Source: an uncultured Clostridia bacterium
GTDB taxonomy: Bacteria > Bacillota > Clostridia > Oscillospirales > Butyricicoccaceae
Direction: 5' to 3'
DNA: 64,000 bases
NCBI GenBank assembly: GCA_910589115.1
Contig: CAJUSB010000001.1
Span: forward strand, 138,442-202,441
Shown here: positions 23,229 through 32,402 of the stretch, piece by piece
Position numbering within the stretch: position 1 is the first letter of the stretch
How the letters are laid out: each line of letters opens with the position of its first letter
The notes under the pieces: model-generated
The model's database searches: none
Told to the model about the DNA's origin: nothing
Seen by the model: the letters and a program-made list of their open reading frames with translations, nothing else
Program-made: the position numbers and the translations under genes

Positions 23229-23495
23229 ATGATTGATATGAATGCCCTGATCGCCCAGCTGCAAGCAGCCGGGGGCAGCCCGGAGGCGATTGACCAGCTG
23301 GTGACGGCACTGAATAACAGCGGCGGTACACTTGCCGGACATCTGACCCGTGAAACCCGCGCCAAAATTGAACGTGCCGCTGCCGCCATGCAGGCTGGCG
23401 ATTATGCCGCTGCACAGGCCGCCGCTGCACAACTGATGAACACACCGGACGGCGCACAGCTGACCAATAATGTACTCAATATGCTGGGGCGGTAA
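23229..23495 (+). CDS. Small Ala/Gln-rich hypothetical protein (putative sporulation)
   Basis: RBS GGAGGG; first of three tightly linked ORFs. Confidence 0.75.
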   Translation: MIDMNALIAQLQAAGGSPEAIDQLVTALNNSGGTLAGHLTRETRAKIERAAAAMQAGDYAAAQAAAAQLMNTPDGAQLTNNVLNMLGR

Positions 23496-23511
23496 ATAAA
23501 GGAGGCATCTA

Positions 23512-23976
23512 ATGGAACAGAACACCAACAATATGCTCAGCGACCTGCTGAGCGATCCAGCCAAACTGCAAAGCGCACTCAGCGCGGCCTCCGGCCTGTT
23601 GGGTGCCAGCCAGTCCCCTGCGCCGCCGCCCCGTCCCATGCCGCAGGGGGCGGCCCCGGCATTCTCGGCCCCACAGGCTACTCAGCCCCCTATGATGTCA
23701 GGGGCTCCGGGACGTACCGGGGCTTCCTATGACCCGTCTGCCGAATTGATGCGCAAGGTAATGCCGGTTATCAATACCATTGCGAAAAGCGGGCAGTCCG
23801 CTGTCAATCGGGACCGTGCGAACCTGCTTCAATCGTTCAAGCCTTTTGTGACCGAAAATGTGGGCAGCCAGTTCGACCATGCGATCCGCCTGGTCAGTAT
23901 CGCAAGGATGGCAAAAGATGCCATGGTTCAGCTAGGCGGACAGAATATGCCGCCAGACGGCACAAAATCTCTGTAA
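23512..23976 (+). CDS. Hypothetical protein with Pro-rich linker (putative sporulation)
   Basis: RBS AAGGAGG; helical N- and C-termini flanking a Pro-rich segment. Confidence 0.8.
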   Translation: MEQNTNNMLSDLLSDPAKLQSALSAASGLLGASQSPAPPPRPMPQGAAPAFSAPQATQPPMMSGAPGRTGASYDPSAELMRKVMPVINTIAKSGQSAVNRDRANLLQSFKPFVTENVGSQFDHAIRLVSIARMAKDAMVQLGGQNMPPDGTKSL

Positions 23977-23992
23977 AGGGAGGTATCTTTAC

Positions 23993-24316
23993 ATGTATAA
24001 CCAATACATCCCTGCCCCACGCGAGGAGGTACATAGTGAACGGCAGGAGCGCCGCCCGGAGGCTACGGAGGCAATGGCGCCGCAGCCTCCGCAGCCGCAC
24101 CATCCGCCGCACCCACATCCGCATCAGCAGCAGCCCCCAAGGGCAAGTGCATTTGGAAGCCTGTCGCAGGCGCTTGGCTCACGTCTTGGAACGATCCGAT
24201 TTGATGCAGATACCCTCATAGCGCTTGCCGTGATCTGGTTCCTGATCAGCGACGGTGAAGAATTCGACACCGAACTGATACTAATGATTGGCATTTTGCT
24301 GGTGCTGGGCCTATAA
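23993..24316 (+). CDS. Hypothetical His/Pro-rich protein with hydrophobic C-terminal hairpin
   Basis: RBS GGGAGG; MYNQYIP start and PQPHHPPHPHPH tract. Confidence 0.8.
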   Translation: MYNQYIPAPREEVHSERQERRPEATEAMAPQPPQPHHPPHPHPHQQQPPRASAFGSLSQALGSRLGTIRFDADTLIALAVIWFLISDGEEFDTELILMIGILLVLGL

Positions 24317-24395
24317 ACGCCCATGGCTGCATTATCATCAATCCAATATGCAAAAAATTTTCCTGGAAATGTATTTTTATTGGCAACACAACAGG

Positions 24396-25268
24396 TTAAT
24401 CTTTTTGGGCAAGCAATTCCCATGCTGCATCAGAAAGCATGGCGAATGCTTCAAGGGTCAACCGTTCGCCGCGAATGCGCTCATCCAGCCCCACAGTGCG
24501 GATAAGGCCGAGGATCTCGGCCTTATCCAGCTTTCCCTGAAAAGCTGGATAAGCAGCATTTGCCAGCGTTTTTCGCCGCTGGTTGAAAGCCGCACGGACG
24601 ATAGCAAAAAACAGCGCTTCATTTTTTGGATGAACTGCCGGTGTTTCACGTGGTTTCAGACGAAGGACGGCAGAATCGACCTTTGGCTGCGGGACAAAGC
24701 AGCCGCGTGGTACATCAAATAGGATTTCCGGTTCCGTATAATACTGCACATAAACGGAAAACGAGCTATAATTGGGGGTACCTGGGGCCGCACAGATACG
24801 AACGGCTACCTCTTTTTGTACCATGACAGTGATGCTTTCAAACAATTTGCTGTCAATCAGTGCGGAAATAACCGGACTCGTAATATAATATGGCAGATTT
24901 GCACAGGCATGTACGGGCATCCCATCCAATTTTTCGGCACACAGGGCGGAAATATCCATTTTCAATATGTCTCCCTGTACAACTTCTACGTTTTCAATAC
25001 CTGTCAAGGTCTCTGCCATTACAGGCAGAAGTGCGCGGTCTAATTCGACAGCTACGACTTTTCCTGCCCTTTTTGCAAGCTCCAATGTCAGGCATCCCAT
25101 ACCCGGACCGATTTCCAGCACTGCATTTGATATATCAGCGCCGCATTCTGCGGCAATCCGGTCCGGCACCCATTGTGCAGTCAGAAAATTCTGCCCCAAT
25201 GATTTTGAAAAATGAAAACCATGACGGCCAAGAATTTCACGAATAGTAGTTAAATCACAGAGTCCCAT
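24396..25268 (-). CDS. rsmA: 16S rRNA m6,2A methyltransferase
   Basis: KSLGQNFL, EIGPGMG, ANLPYY and PKVDS motifs. Confidence 0.96.
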   Translation of the reverse strand: MGLCDLTTIREILGRHGFHFSKSLGQNFLTAQWVPDRIAAECGADISNAVLEIGPGMGCLTLELAKRAGKVVAVELDRALLPVMAETLTGIENVEVVQGDILKMDISALCAEKLDGMPVHACANLPYYITSPVISALIDSKLFESITVMVQKEVAVRICAAPGTPNYSSFSVYVQYYTEPEILFDVPRGCFVPQPKVDSAVLRLKPRETPAVHPKNEALFFAIVRAAFNQRRKTLANAAYPAFQGKLDKAEILGLIRTVGLDERIRGERLTLEAFAMLSDAAWELLAQKD

Positions 25269-25378
25269 AATGATCTCCCCCACCTTTCCTTAGAACCTTA
25301 TCAGTATAGCATAAATCATCCGAAAAGGAAATAAATTTTTCCATCTGAAGAAAACTTCTTTTTTCCTGAAAGCAAATG

Positions 25379-25403
25379 AAAGGCCCGGACAAGCCGGGCC
25401 TTT
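25379..25403. terminator. Terminator after the G5/3D gene
   Basis: AAAGGCCCGG / CCGGGCCTTT. Confidence 0.75.
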
Positions 25404-25408
25404 ATCTG

Positions 25409-26425
25409 TTATTTCAAAATGTAAACCAATGCATCAGAAACACCGAAATTCACACACTCTTCCTGTGTATCAAAGAACAAATCGACACGATGTCCCTGAA
25501 TCAGGCTTCCGGTGTCCTCTGCAACAGCCAATCCATATACCCATTCTTTGCCGTCAAGCGATGTGATGTACAATTCTGAGCCTAACGGGATAACATCCGG
25601 ATCAACGGCAACCGTACCCACTCGAGCAAGTGTCTGTGTAAAGGTATGTTTGCTTTTCCACCCTTCGGTCGAATATGCGGTCGCAAGCACATTCACAATC
25701 TGGCTGTATGGCCGAACCTTGCCATCCTCGGTCACGATTGCACCTGCGGTACCAATTTCAATAACCTGTGGCGTCCCCTCTTCAACAACGCGTTCACTTA
25801 CAAATCTGCGCGCAGTTTCCACACCGCTGTGGTAGGTTACATCGTAGGTTCGCTCCAGTATGCCGGTTGAACCAGCCTTCAAAATGCGTGTAATGCCATA
25901 GGAAACCTGATCGTTATACCTCTTTTCGACTTCCAGCGGAATGATGCTTTCTTCTGCTACTGTGGCATTATTGACGCGGGTAATCCGAATTTCGGTCCCC
26001 TCGGTAACCAGATTCGTGACAGAGGGAGAAACGATATCAAATGCGCTGATTGCAATTCCATGCTGTAAAAAAAGCTGACCGATTGTTTTTGAAGCGGTTT
26101 CGCAAATATGCTTCTCTCCGTCATCATAAACAGTGACTGGGAACTTTTTCCCTATCCGCAAGCCGATCAGCTGATTTCCGCGCAGCGCTTCCGAGAGGAT
26201 TTCATAATCATTGGGGTCATATCCCGCATCAGCCAGGATATCGGCAGGCTCGGTACTGAATGTGCGTACCTCAACCGAGTCAGACCCTTCGGAAATTTCA
26301 TAAATATGGATATTGTCGGCCATTGCAGTTGCAATCGTCGTTGTCATCAATAGAAAGAGCACTGACGCAATCAGCCTCGAGGACAGCTGCTTCACGGTAT
26401 CACGCTTCATCGAAACAAACTTCAT
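25409..26425 (-). CDS. G5 + 3D domain cell-wall protein (YabE-like)
   Basis: N-terminal TM; ATAY, AVDPDVIPLGS, AEDTG and RVDLF motifs; lies upstream of rsmA. Confidence 0.88.
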   Translation of the reverse strand: MKFVSMKRDTVKQLSSRLIASVLFLLMTTTIATAMADNIHIYEISEGSDSVEVRTFSTEPADILADAGYDPNDYEILSEALRGNQLIGLRIGKKFPVTVYDDGEKHICETASKTIGQLFLQHGIAISAFDIVSPSVTNLVTEGTEIRITRVNNATVAEESIIPLEVEKRYNDQVSYGITRILKAGSTGILERTYDVTYHSGVETARRFVSERVVEEGTPQVIEIGTAGAIVTEDGKVRPYSQIVNVLATAYSTEGWKSKHTFTQTLARVGTVAVDPDVIPLGSELYITSLDGKEWVYGLAVAEDTGSLIQGHRVDLFFDTQEECVNFGVSDALVYILK

Positions 26426-26517
26426 TTGTGCCTCCTTTCAGACCTTGCTTATTTCAGATATTGTACAGCTATAGAGCTTTACGCCCATATTGGCATATAA
26501 AAATATCTTATGAACAC

Positions 26518-26546
26518 ATTTTGCCCGAAAAAAACCGGCTTGTCAA
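26518..26546 (-). promoter_or_regulatory. sigA promoter of the YabE-like gene
   Basis: TTGACA-17-CAAAAT. Confidence 0.6.
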
Positions 26547-26856
26547 GCGTATCAGCAATTTTGATAACGAATTGTAATAATGTATTCGTTTTTTTCATCC
26601 AACTTTTAGAGATTATTTCATGTAAAATTTGGTTCTTTTCACGAAAAAATTACAGGTCTTGGTAAATCAATGACAGATAATGCAAGTAAAATGGTGTAAT
26701 TTTTGCAAAAACAGTTTATGAAATTCGTTATTTTTCACAAAATTTTGATGTAAATGGCGCTGAAATCAATTATGTCAAAAAAAGCGCCTTAATCTTGTGC
26801 ATAAGCACGAATCAGCTTAGCTCATTTGTGATATACTATGGCCGAGGTGATTAAGA

Positions 26857-27015
26857 ATGACCAAGCAATTTGCATCCCCGGGTATGGAAAAATATTTCCA
26901 CACACTGCCCACCAATGTACAGGAAAGCATCATGCAGTGCGGTATGAATTTCAAAAATGAGGAAGATATGCGTGCCGTTGTCATGCAGCTGGTACAGCGG
27001 CATGGCATCCAGTGA
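26857..27015 (+). CDS. Unannotated 52-aa small protein
   Basis: GAGGTG RBS; MTKQFASPGMEKYFHTLPTNVQESIMQCGMNFKNEEDMRAVVMQLVQRHGIQ; upstream TG-A-TATACT and a downstream terminator. Confidence 0.7.
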   Translation: MTKQFASPGMEKYFHTLPTNVQESIMQCGMNFKNEEDMRAVVMQLVQRHGIQ

Positions 27016-27062
27016 ACCTGGAAGCATCAACGCAGCCTATTTCAAAAAAACGGAAACATTAC

Positions 27063-27092
27063 AAAATGGACTGCCCGAAAGCAGTCCATTTT
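27063..27092. terminator. Bidirectional terminator (small ORF / hpf)
   Basis: AAAATGGACTGC / GCAGTCCATTTT. Confidence 0.85.
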
Positions 27093-27102
27093 CATTGATT
27101 CC

Positions 27103-27627
27103 TTATTCGCTTTCAATCAGCCCGAAGCCGCCGTTTGCACGCTTATAAACGACCGCATGGACGTTATCATTATCTGCATTGCGGAAGAAAAAGAACTGAT
27201 GGCCCAGCAGCTCCATCTGAAGCATTGCTTCATCGACCGACATCGGCTTGACGGTGAACTTTTTATGACGCGTGATATCAAAGTCGTCAATTTCCAGTTC
27301 AGCAGACTGCGCTGCCGCCTTTTCAAACGCACCATCCCGCAGGCGCTTCTCCAGCCGGGTCTTATGCTTGCGGATCTGGCGTTCCAGCTTGGCTACCGCA
27401 CCGTCAATCGAACCGTACATATCAGAGGTAGTTTCCTCTGCACGGTAAATCATGCCGCCGCGTTTGATGGTAACTTCGACAGTTTGCTTCCCCTTCAGTT
27501 CGGCAAAGGTCAGCGTCGCGTCAGAATCATCCGGAAAATAGCGGTCCAGCTTCTGCACCTTTTTGGTCGCATAGGCTCTCAGGTCTTCGGAAATTTTCGC
27601 TTTCCTCTCGACGATGGTGAACTTCAT
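27103..27627 (-). CDS. hpf: Ribosome hibernation promoting factor (long HPF)
   Basis: DMYGSID, ERQIRKHKT and KPMSVDEAMLQM motifs. Confidence 0.95.
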   Translation of the reverse strand: MKFTIVERKAKISEDLRAYATKKVQKLDRYFPDDSDATLTFAELKGKQTVEVTIKRGGMIYRAEETTSDMYGSIDGAVAKLERQIRKHKTRLEKRLRDGAFEKAAAQSAELEIDDFDITRHKKFTVKPMSVDEAMLQMELLGHQFFFFRNADNDNVHAVVYKRANGGFGLIESE

Positions 27628-27802
27628 GACATCATCTCCTATCGGGAAGATTCCCTTATGTTGGATTTTGCTTTGTTGAATTTGCTACATCCAGTATAGC
27701 ATATCCTGCAAACTTTTGCCTGTTATGTAGGGCGCAAATTTTGCGATTACAGGAGAATATCTCCTGCAATCGCTTTATTTCTCATAAATCCACACTATTT
27801 CT

Positions 27803-28645
27803 TCAAATTTCGGCTTCTGTGTGACGTGTCACATGGCATCCAATGTTTACCACACATGGCAGCCCTGCAATGTGGGTTGCATACGGCTCGACAGCACAGG
27901 CCAGCGCTGTTACAGTGCCGCCCAGGCCCTGCGGTCCAATGCCGGAAGCATTCACTTTTTCCAGGACTGCCTGTTCGATTTCTGCATACAGCGGATCACT
28001 GTTTCGGGCACCTGCCGGACGCATCAGGGCACGTTTCGCCAGATAAGCTGCATGATCAGAAGTGCCGCCCAGCCCGACACCGATCACAACCGGTGGGCAT
28101 GGATTCGAGCCCGCATTGATACAGGTCTGTGCAATAAAATCAACAATTTGTTCCTTTGTTGCGGCTGGAGTGAACATTTTCATTGCACTCATATTTTCGC
28201 TGCCGAAACCTTTAGGCGCAACTGTAATGCGAACTGTTTCCCCGGGAACCAGTCTTGTATACAGTACCGCTGGCGTATTATCGTCCGTATTGACGCGCCG
28301 GAGCGGGTCACCTACCACAGAACAGCGCAGATAGCCTTCCAGATATCCTTGACGTACCCCCTCATTTACAGCAGCCTCAAAATCTCCGCCTGTCAAATGC
28401 ACATCCTGTCCAATTTCGGCAAAGACTACTGCCATACCGGTATCCTGGCATATCGGCACACCGTCACGACGTGCCAAATCACAATTTTCCAGCATCTGAC
28501 CGAAAATTTCACGTCCAAGGGGCGATTCCTCTTTTTCCTGCCCCTCTACAAAGGACTGCCGGATATCATCCGGCAAATAATAGTTTGCATCCATGCACAG
28601 CTTTTTTACCAGCGCTGTAATTGCTGAAACTTGAATTTCTCTCAT
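27803..28645 (-). CDS. Fe-S fumarate/tartrate hydratase alpha subunit
   Basis: PICQDTG, KGFGSEN, NPCPP and GCHVTR motifs. Confidence 0.9.
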   Translation of the reverse strand: MREIQVSAITALVKKLCMDANYYLPDDIRQSFVEGQEKEESPLGREIFGQMLENCDLARRDGVPICQDTGMAVVFAEIGQDVHLTGGDFEAAVNEGVRQGYLEGYLRCSVVGDPLRRVNTDDNTPAVLYTRLVPGETVRITVAPKGFGSENMSAMKMFTPAATKEQIVDFIAQTCINAGSNPCPPVVIGVGLGGTSDHAAYLAKRALMRPAGARNSDPLYAEIEQAVLEKVNASGIGPQGLGGTVTALACAVEPYATHIAGLPCVVNIGCHVTRHTEAEI

Positions 28646-28648
28646 TTT

Positions 28649-29815
28649 TTACCTCCTGTAAACCATCTTGCCGTCACATAAAACGGCACAGACAGCATTT
28701 TTATAGTCAAATGGATTCCCGGAATACAGCACACAGTCCGCATCCTTTCCGGCAGCGAGTGAACCAACACGCGCATCAATTCCGGCAATACGGGCGGCGT
28801 TAATCGTCACTGCACGCAGCGCCTCCTCTTCATCCATGCCGCCGCGAACAGCCGCACGTACCGCATCCATCAGCAGCCGCAGCGGAAATTCCGGATGATC
28901 TACCGTTATAGCAGTCAATACGCCTGCGTGGGACAGCAGCCCAGGCGCTTTTTCAGTTAAATTCCGCAACTCCGGCTTGGAACGGTCTGTTAAAAAGGGG
29001 CCGCTGATTACCGGGACCTGTTCCTCTGTCAATGCATCTGCAATCAAATGCCCTGCCGTACCATGGATAATCACCGGCTGCAAATTAAATTCACGGCAGA
29101 TTCGCAAAGCGGTAAAGATATCATCCGCACGATGGGCATGGAAATGCGCTGGGATTTCTCCCCGCAAAACAGGAAGCAGCGCTTCAAACTTCATATCAAA
29201 ATCGGGTTCGTCCGTATCATTATCAATGGCCGCCTTTTCCTTCCGGGTGCGGTATTCCTGCGCCTGGAACAGCTGTTCCCGAATAATTGCTGCAACTGCC
29301 ATACGCGTGACCGGCGTTTCATCTTTATCGTGATAGACGGATTTGGGATTTTCTCCAAGCGCGAATTTCATTGCGACCGGTTCCCGTATCAGCATATCAT
29401 CTACACGTCGTCCGGCAGTCTTCATCGCGACAATCTGCCCGCCAATCGGATTTGCACTGCCCGGGCTGATAAGCACAGTCGTTACACCAGCCTCTAACGC
29501 CTCCCGAAATGCAGGGTCCATCGGATTCACACCATCCAGTGCACGGAGCTGCGGCGATGCAGGGTCTGTGTCCTCATTTCCATCAGCACCTTCAAAGCCG
29601 ATGGAATCTTCATAAAGACCAATATGAGAATGTGCATCAATCAGTCCCGGCAGTAGCCATCCCCCCTCTGCATCAATGGCCTTTTCAGCAGTTGGACAAT
29701 CCGGCATCTTGCCAAGCGCCGAAATTTTTTTATTTTCTGACAAAAGCCATCCGTTTTCGATCGTTTCCCCCTCCATTGTCAGAATACGCGCGTTTTTTAT
29801 CAAAATTTGTTCCAT
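28649..29815 (-). CDS. Amidohydrolase (imidazolonepropionase-like)
   Basis: PGLIDAHSH, HAHRADD, DHP and GKDAD motifs. Confidence 0.88.
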   Translation of the reverse strand: MEQILIKNARILTMEGETIENGWLLSENKKISALGKMPDCPTAEKAIDAEGGWLLPGLIDAHSHIGLYEDSIGFEGADGNEDTDPASPQLRALDGVNPMDPAFREALEAGVTTVLISPGSANPIGGQIVAMKTAGRRVDDMLIREPVAMKFALGENPKSVYHDKDETPVTRMAVAAIIREQLFQAQEYRTRKEKAAIDNDTDEPDFDMKFEALLPVLRGEIPAHFHAHRADDIFTALRICREFNLQPVIIHGTAGHLIADALTEEQVPVISGPFLTDRSKPELRNLTEKAPGLLSHAGVLTAITVDHPEFPLRLLMDAVRAAVRGGMDEEEALRAVTINAARIAGIDARVGSLAAGKDADCVLYSGNPFDYKNAVCAVLCDGKMVYRR

Positions 29816-29844
29816 GATTTTTCCCTCATTTCTGCAAAACAGCA

Positions 29845-29873
29845 TTGACAGTTATTGCCACGTGTGGTATGAT
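29845..29873 (+). promoter_or_regulatory. Near-consensus sigA promoter of a candidate sRNA
   Basis: TTGACA-17-TATGAT with extended TG. Confidence 0.8.
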
Positions 29874-29879
29874 TCAGAT

Positions 29880-29968
29880 GGTGAGAGAACTCACCATGCA
29901 CCGTTCATATCTTTATCCCCACAATCCTTTTATATTGGCGTTCCTCTTAATGAGGAACGCATTTTTTT
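29880..29968 (+). ncRNA. Candidate ~90-nt small RNA
   Basis: Own promoter, 5' hairpin GGTGAG-AGAA-CTCACC, CU-rich linker and terminator GCGTTCCTC/GAGGAACGC+T7; no RBS-led ORF on this strand. Confidence 0.7.
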
Positions 29969-30112
29969 ATGTTTCCACCGTGAACCCCTTTCATCAGCCT
30001 CTCCAGAGTATCCTATCAGCCTGAGCCTTCTTTTTCAGAAAAAAACCGAGGCGCAATTACCCCGGTTTTGTCAAAACGATGAAAATACCCTGCCATGCGG
30101 GCAGAAATCATA

Positions 30113-30532
30113 CTATTTCCGCCTTCTTGATCCGCTTTTGCGGTCGGTGTTGTGCTTAATATCGGCCATGCGGCTTTCACTGTCCTGCATGAAGACCTTG
30201 AGCTTGTCTTCAAAGGTCATCGTGGCTGGATCTTTCTGGCGGTTATCCCGCTGCGGGCGTGCGGCCCGGCGCTCATGCGGCGCAGGCGATACGACCGGGA
30301 TCAGCGCCTTTTTAATAGAAAGGTTAATCCGGCCCTCTTTGTCAATGTTGATGATCTTTACCTTCACCTGCTGTCCGTCACTGAGAAAATCCTTGATGTC
30401 GTTTACGTAAGAATTTGCGACCTCGGATATGTGAACCATCCCCGATTTTCCATCGGGCAAGGAAACGAAAGCACCAAATTTGGTGATCCCCGTTACCTTG
30501 CCCTCCAAAACAGATCCAACTGCCAGTTCCAT
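30113..30532 (-). CDS. S1 RNA-binding protein (YabR/YugI family)
   Basis: GITKFGAFV, GMVHISEV and FEDKLKVFMQDS motifs; alternative start at 30553. Confidence 0.9.
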   Translation of the reverse strand: MELAVGSVLEGKVTGITKFGAFVSLPDGKSGMVHISEVANSYVNDIKDFLSDGQQVKVKIINIDKEGRINLSIKKALIPVVSPAPHERRAARPQRDNRQKDPATMTFEDKLKVFMQDSESRMADIKHNTDRKSGSRRRK

Positions 30533-30626
30533 ACTCTTTGTACTCTCCGTCATTTCTTTCTTGTATTGAGCCTGCCTGCGCAGGACAAATGCTTGGCCGT
30601 TCAGAGTGCCCGGCCTGGGCCCTATG

Positions 30627-30908
30627 CTATTTGCTGGATGTGTCGATCATAACCCGTTCGCCAGATACCGCATAACCGTTTTCACGCGCGATGGAAGCGA
30701 TATAAGCATCCGATGTACCACGCGCAAGCGATTCACGCAGGGCGTCATTCTCGCTCGTCACTACGCTGATCTGTGACTCGATTTCTTTCAGCTCACTCTT
30801 TTTCTGGTTAATATCCAGTTGAAGCTGAACAATCGTCACAACAGCATACAGCGCAAAGCAGAAAAGCGCGGCCTTAACCACGACTGAGGTTCGACGTTTC
30901 CTTCTCAA
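30627..30908 (-). CDS. divIC: Septum formation initiator DivIC/FtsB
   Basis: TM + coiled coil + IARENGY..GER; TTG after GAGGTG; synteny with yabPQ. Confidence 0.8.
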   Translation of the reverse strand: MRRKRRTSVVVKAALFCFALYAVVTIVQLQLDINQKKSELKEIESQISVVTSENDALRESLARGTSDAYIASIARENGYAVSGERVMIDTSSK

Positions 30909-30977
30909 AAGCAGCACCTCATTCCTTTGACTTCCGGTTTCCCTGTCTGCCAACCAGTATACATCTCTATTTTATAC

Positions 30978-31430
30978 CTATTCCCGGAAAAATGGAAGTG
31001 TTTTTTTGAAGTTTTTCACGCTGAATTTGTGAATAATTTTTTGTACCAGCCGTGTATGCCCCAGCCAGCACAGGAATCTGACCGGAAAGGATACAATTTT
31101 CAGAAGCCATCCGAGCAATACCAACAGTGCCGAAAGCACAATATCAAGCAGTGCCAGCACGGGCGGGCTGAGTGTCAAAAAATACAACAGGAGCCCGCCA
31201 GTAAGCCCGACCAGCACATAGGAACGTCCTTCCCCATCCGCAATCAGCAGTACAAACAAGGCAAATGCCACAATCACCGCCAGCCAGAATATACCGTCCA
31301 GGAGTGCGGTCAGCAGGCCGTTCAGCCTGCGGCGGACTGCGCGCAGAAGGTCATAATAAATCCCGACCGCCGCACCGAACAGGATTGCCTGCAAGAAAAT
31401 AACTGTCTGATCCGCAATCGAAATATACAT
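30978..31430 (-). CDS. yabQ: Spore cortex biosynthesis protein
   Basis: GIYYDLLR and DGIFW motifs; follows yabP. Confidence 0.88.
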   Translation of the reverse strand: MYISIADQTVIFLQAILFGAAVGIYYDLLRAVRRRLNGLLTALLDGIFWLAVIVAFALFVLLIADGEGRSYVLVGLTGGLLLYFLTLSPPVLALLDIVLSALLVLLGWLLKIVSFPVRFLCWLGHTRLVQKIIHKFSVKNFKKTLPFFRE

Positions 31431-31439
31431 AGCCGGCCC

Positions 31440-31724
31440 TCATCCAAATATGCGTGAAAGCAGCCCGCCGCGGCTTTGGCCGCCGTCTTCGTAATCCATC
31501 GAATCAATTTCCCCTTCCAGGGAAAGCTCGCCCCCCTCCAGGCTCAGCCGCTCAATATGTAGCCCGCTGCCCCGCACCTGGAGCAGTCCCAGCGTCGTTT
31601 CCATGCTTACCAGCGTTTCATCAAAGCTCTGCACATCGACCACACCGGATACACTCAGCTTTCCGCGCCCTTCTAAAATCAGGGAATGCTGCCGTTCGCC
31701 CTGCACCTTGCCGTCCATCGCCAT
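31440..31724 (-). CDS. yabP: Sporulation protein YabP
   Basis: HSLILEGR..SGVVDVQSFDE..G..LHI motif. Confidence 0.9.
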   Translation of the reverse strand: MAMDGKVQGERQHSLILEGRGKLSVSGVVDVQSFDETLVSMETTLGLLQVRGSGLHIERLSLEGGELSLEGEIDSMDYEDGGQSRGGLLSRIFG

Positions 31725-31746
31725 TTGCACGTCCTCCTTTGCAGTA

Positions 31747-31795
31747 AAAAAGTCTCCGCTCACTCATATCTATGAGAAAACGGAGACTTTTATGC
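31747..31795 (-). promoter_or_regulatory. Putative sigE promoter of yabP overlapping a terminator hairpin
   Basis: GCATA-16-CATAGAT overlapping AAAAGTCTCCG/CGGAGACTTTT. Confidence 0.55.
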
Positions 31796-31837
31796 CTATA
31801 TTTGCAGGGAAGTTAGACTTCCCCTCTTTTCATGCAC

Positions 31838-32077
31838 TCAAACCTCACGGTAAAGCCCGGCTGCATCACCTTTCAGCACATGCTCTGCAACATTCAGAAC
31901 CTCTACGCGCATGGTGCGCTGTCCGAAGGCGATCTCAATCAAATCGCCTACCTTTACCTGATAAGACGCCTTTGCAGGCTTGCCGTTTACTGAAATACGT
32001 GCAGCATCGCAAGCGTCGTTTGCAACAGTACGCCGCTTAATCAGCCGTGAAACCTTCAAATATTTATCCAGCCGCAT
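31838..32077 (-). CDS. S4-domain RNA-binding protein (YabO/RqcP, Hsp15 family)
   Basis: MRLDKYLKVSRLIKRRTVA start. Confidence 0.92.
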   Translation of the reverse strand: MRLDKYLKVSRLIKRRTVANDACDAARISVNGKPAKASYQVKVGDLIEIAFGQRTMRVEVLNVAEHVLKGDAAGLYREV

Positions 32078-32351
32078 TGTGATTGACCTTTCCTTTCAGC
32101 TGGGCGTTGGGACGGAAGACCGGCACCCAGCAGGCAGGAATATCCGTCGGCTCGCCGGTACGGACGTCATGCCCCTTGCGTGCGGCGCGGTGACGGACTT
32201 CAAATGTCCCAAATTTGGGCAGTGACAGCTTATCACCGACCGTCAGCACATCCTCAATCGCGGATAAAACCGCATCAATCGCAATATCAGCATCTTTTCT
32301 GCTTGTCCCTGCTTTTTCTGCCACCAATGCGACAAATTCCGGTTTATTCAT
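32064..32351 (-). CDS. hup: HU family DNA-binding protein
   Basis: MNKPEF, FGTFEVRHRAARKG and P.FRP motifs; RBS GGAGG. Confidence 0.9.
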   Translation of the reverse strand: MNKPEFVALVAEKAGTSRKDADIAIDAVLSAIEDVLTVGDKLSLPKFGTFEVRHRAARKGHDVRTGEPTDIPACWVPVFRPNAQLKGKVNHNAAG

Positions 32352-32402
32352 CGTGTATTTTCCTCCAAAAATTGCTATATCATCGTATAAAAGAACCCAC
32401 TT

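Noticed and set aside
26426..26810. c-di-AMP riboswitch or WalR boxes upstream of the G5/3D gene
   Set aside because: No ydaO-type motifs seen, and the TGTAA half-sites lack consistent 5-nt spacing in AT-rich DNA
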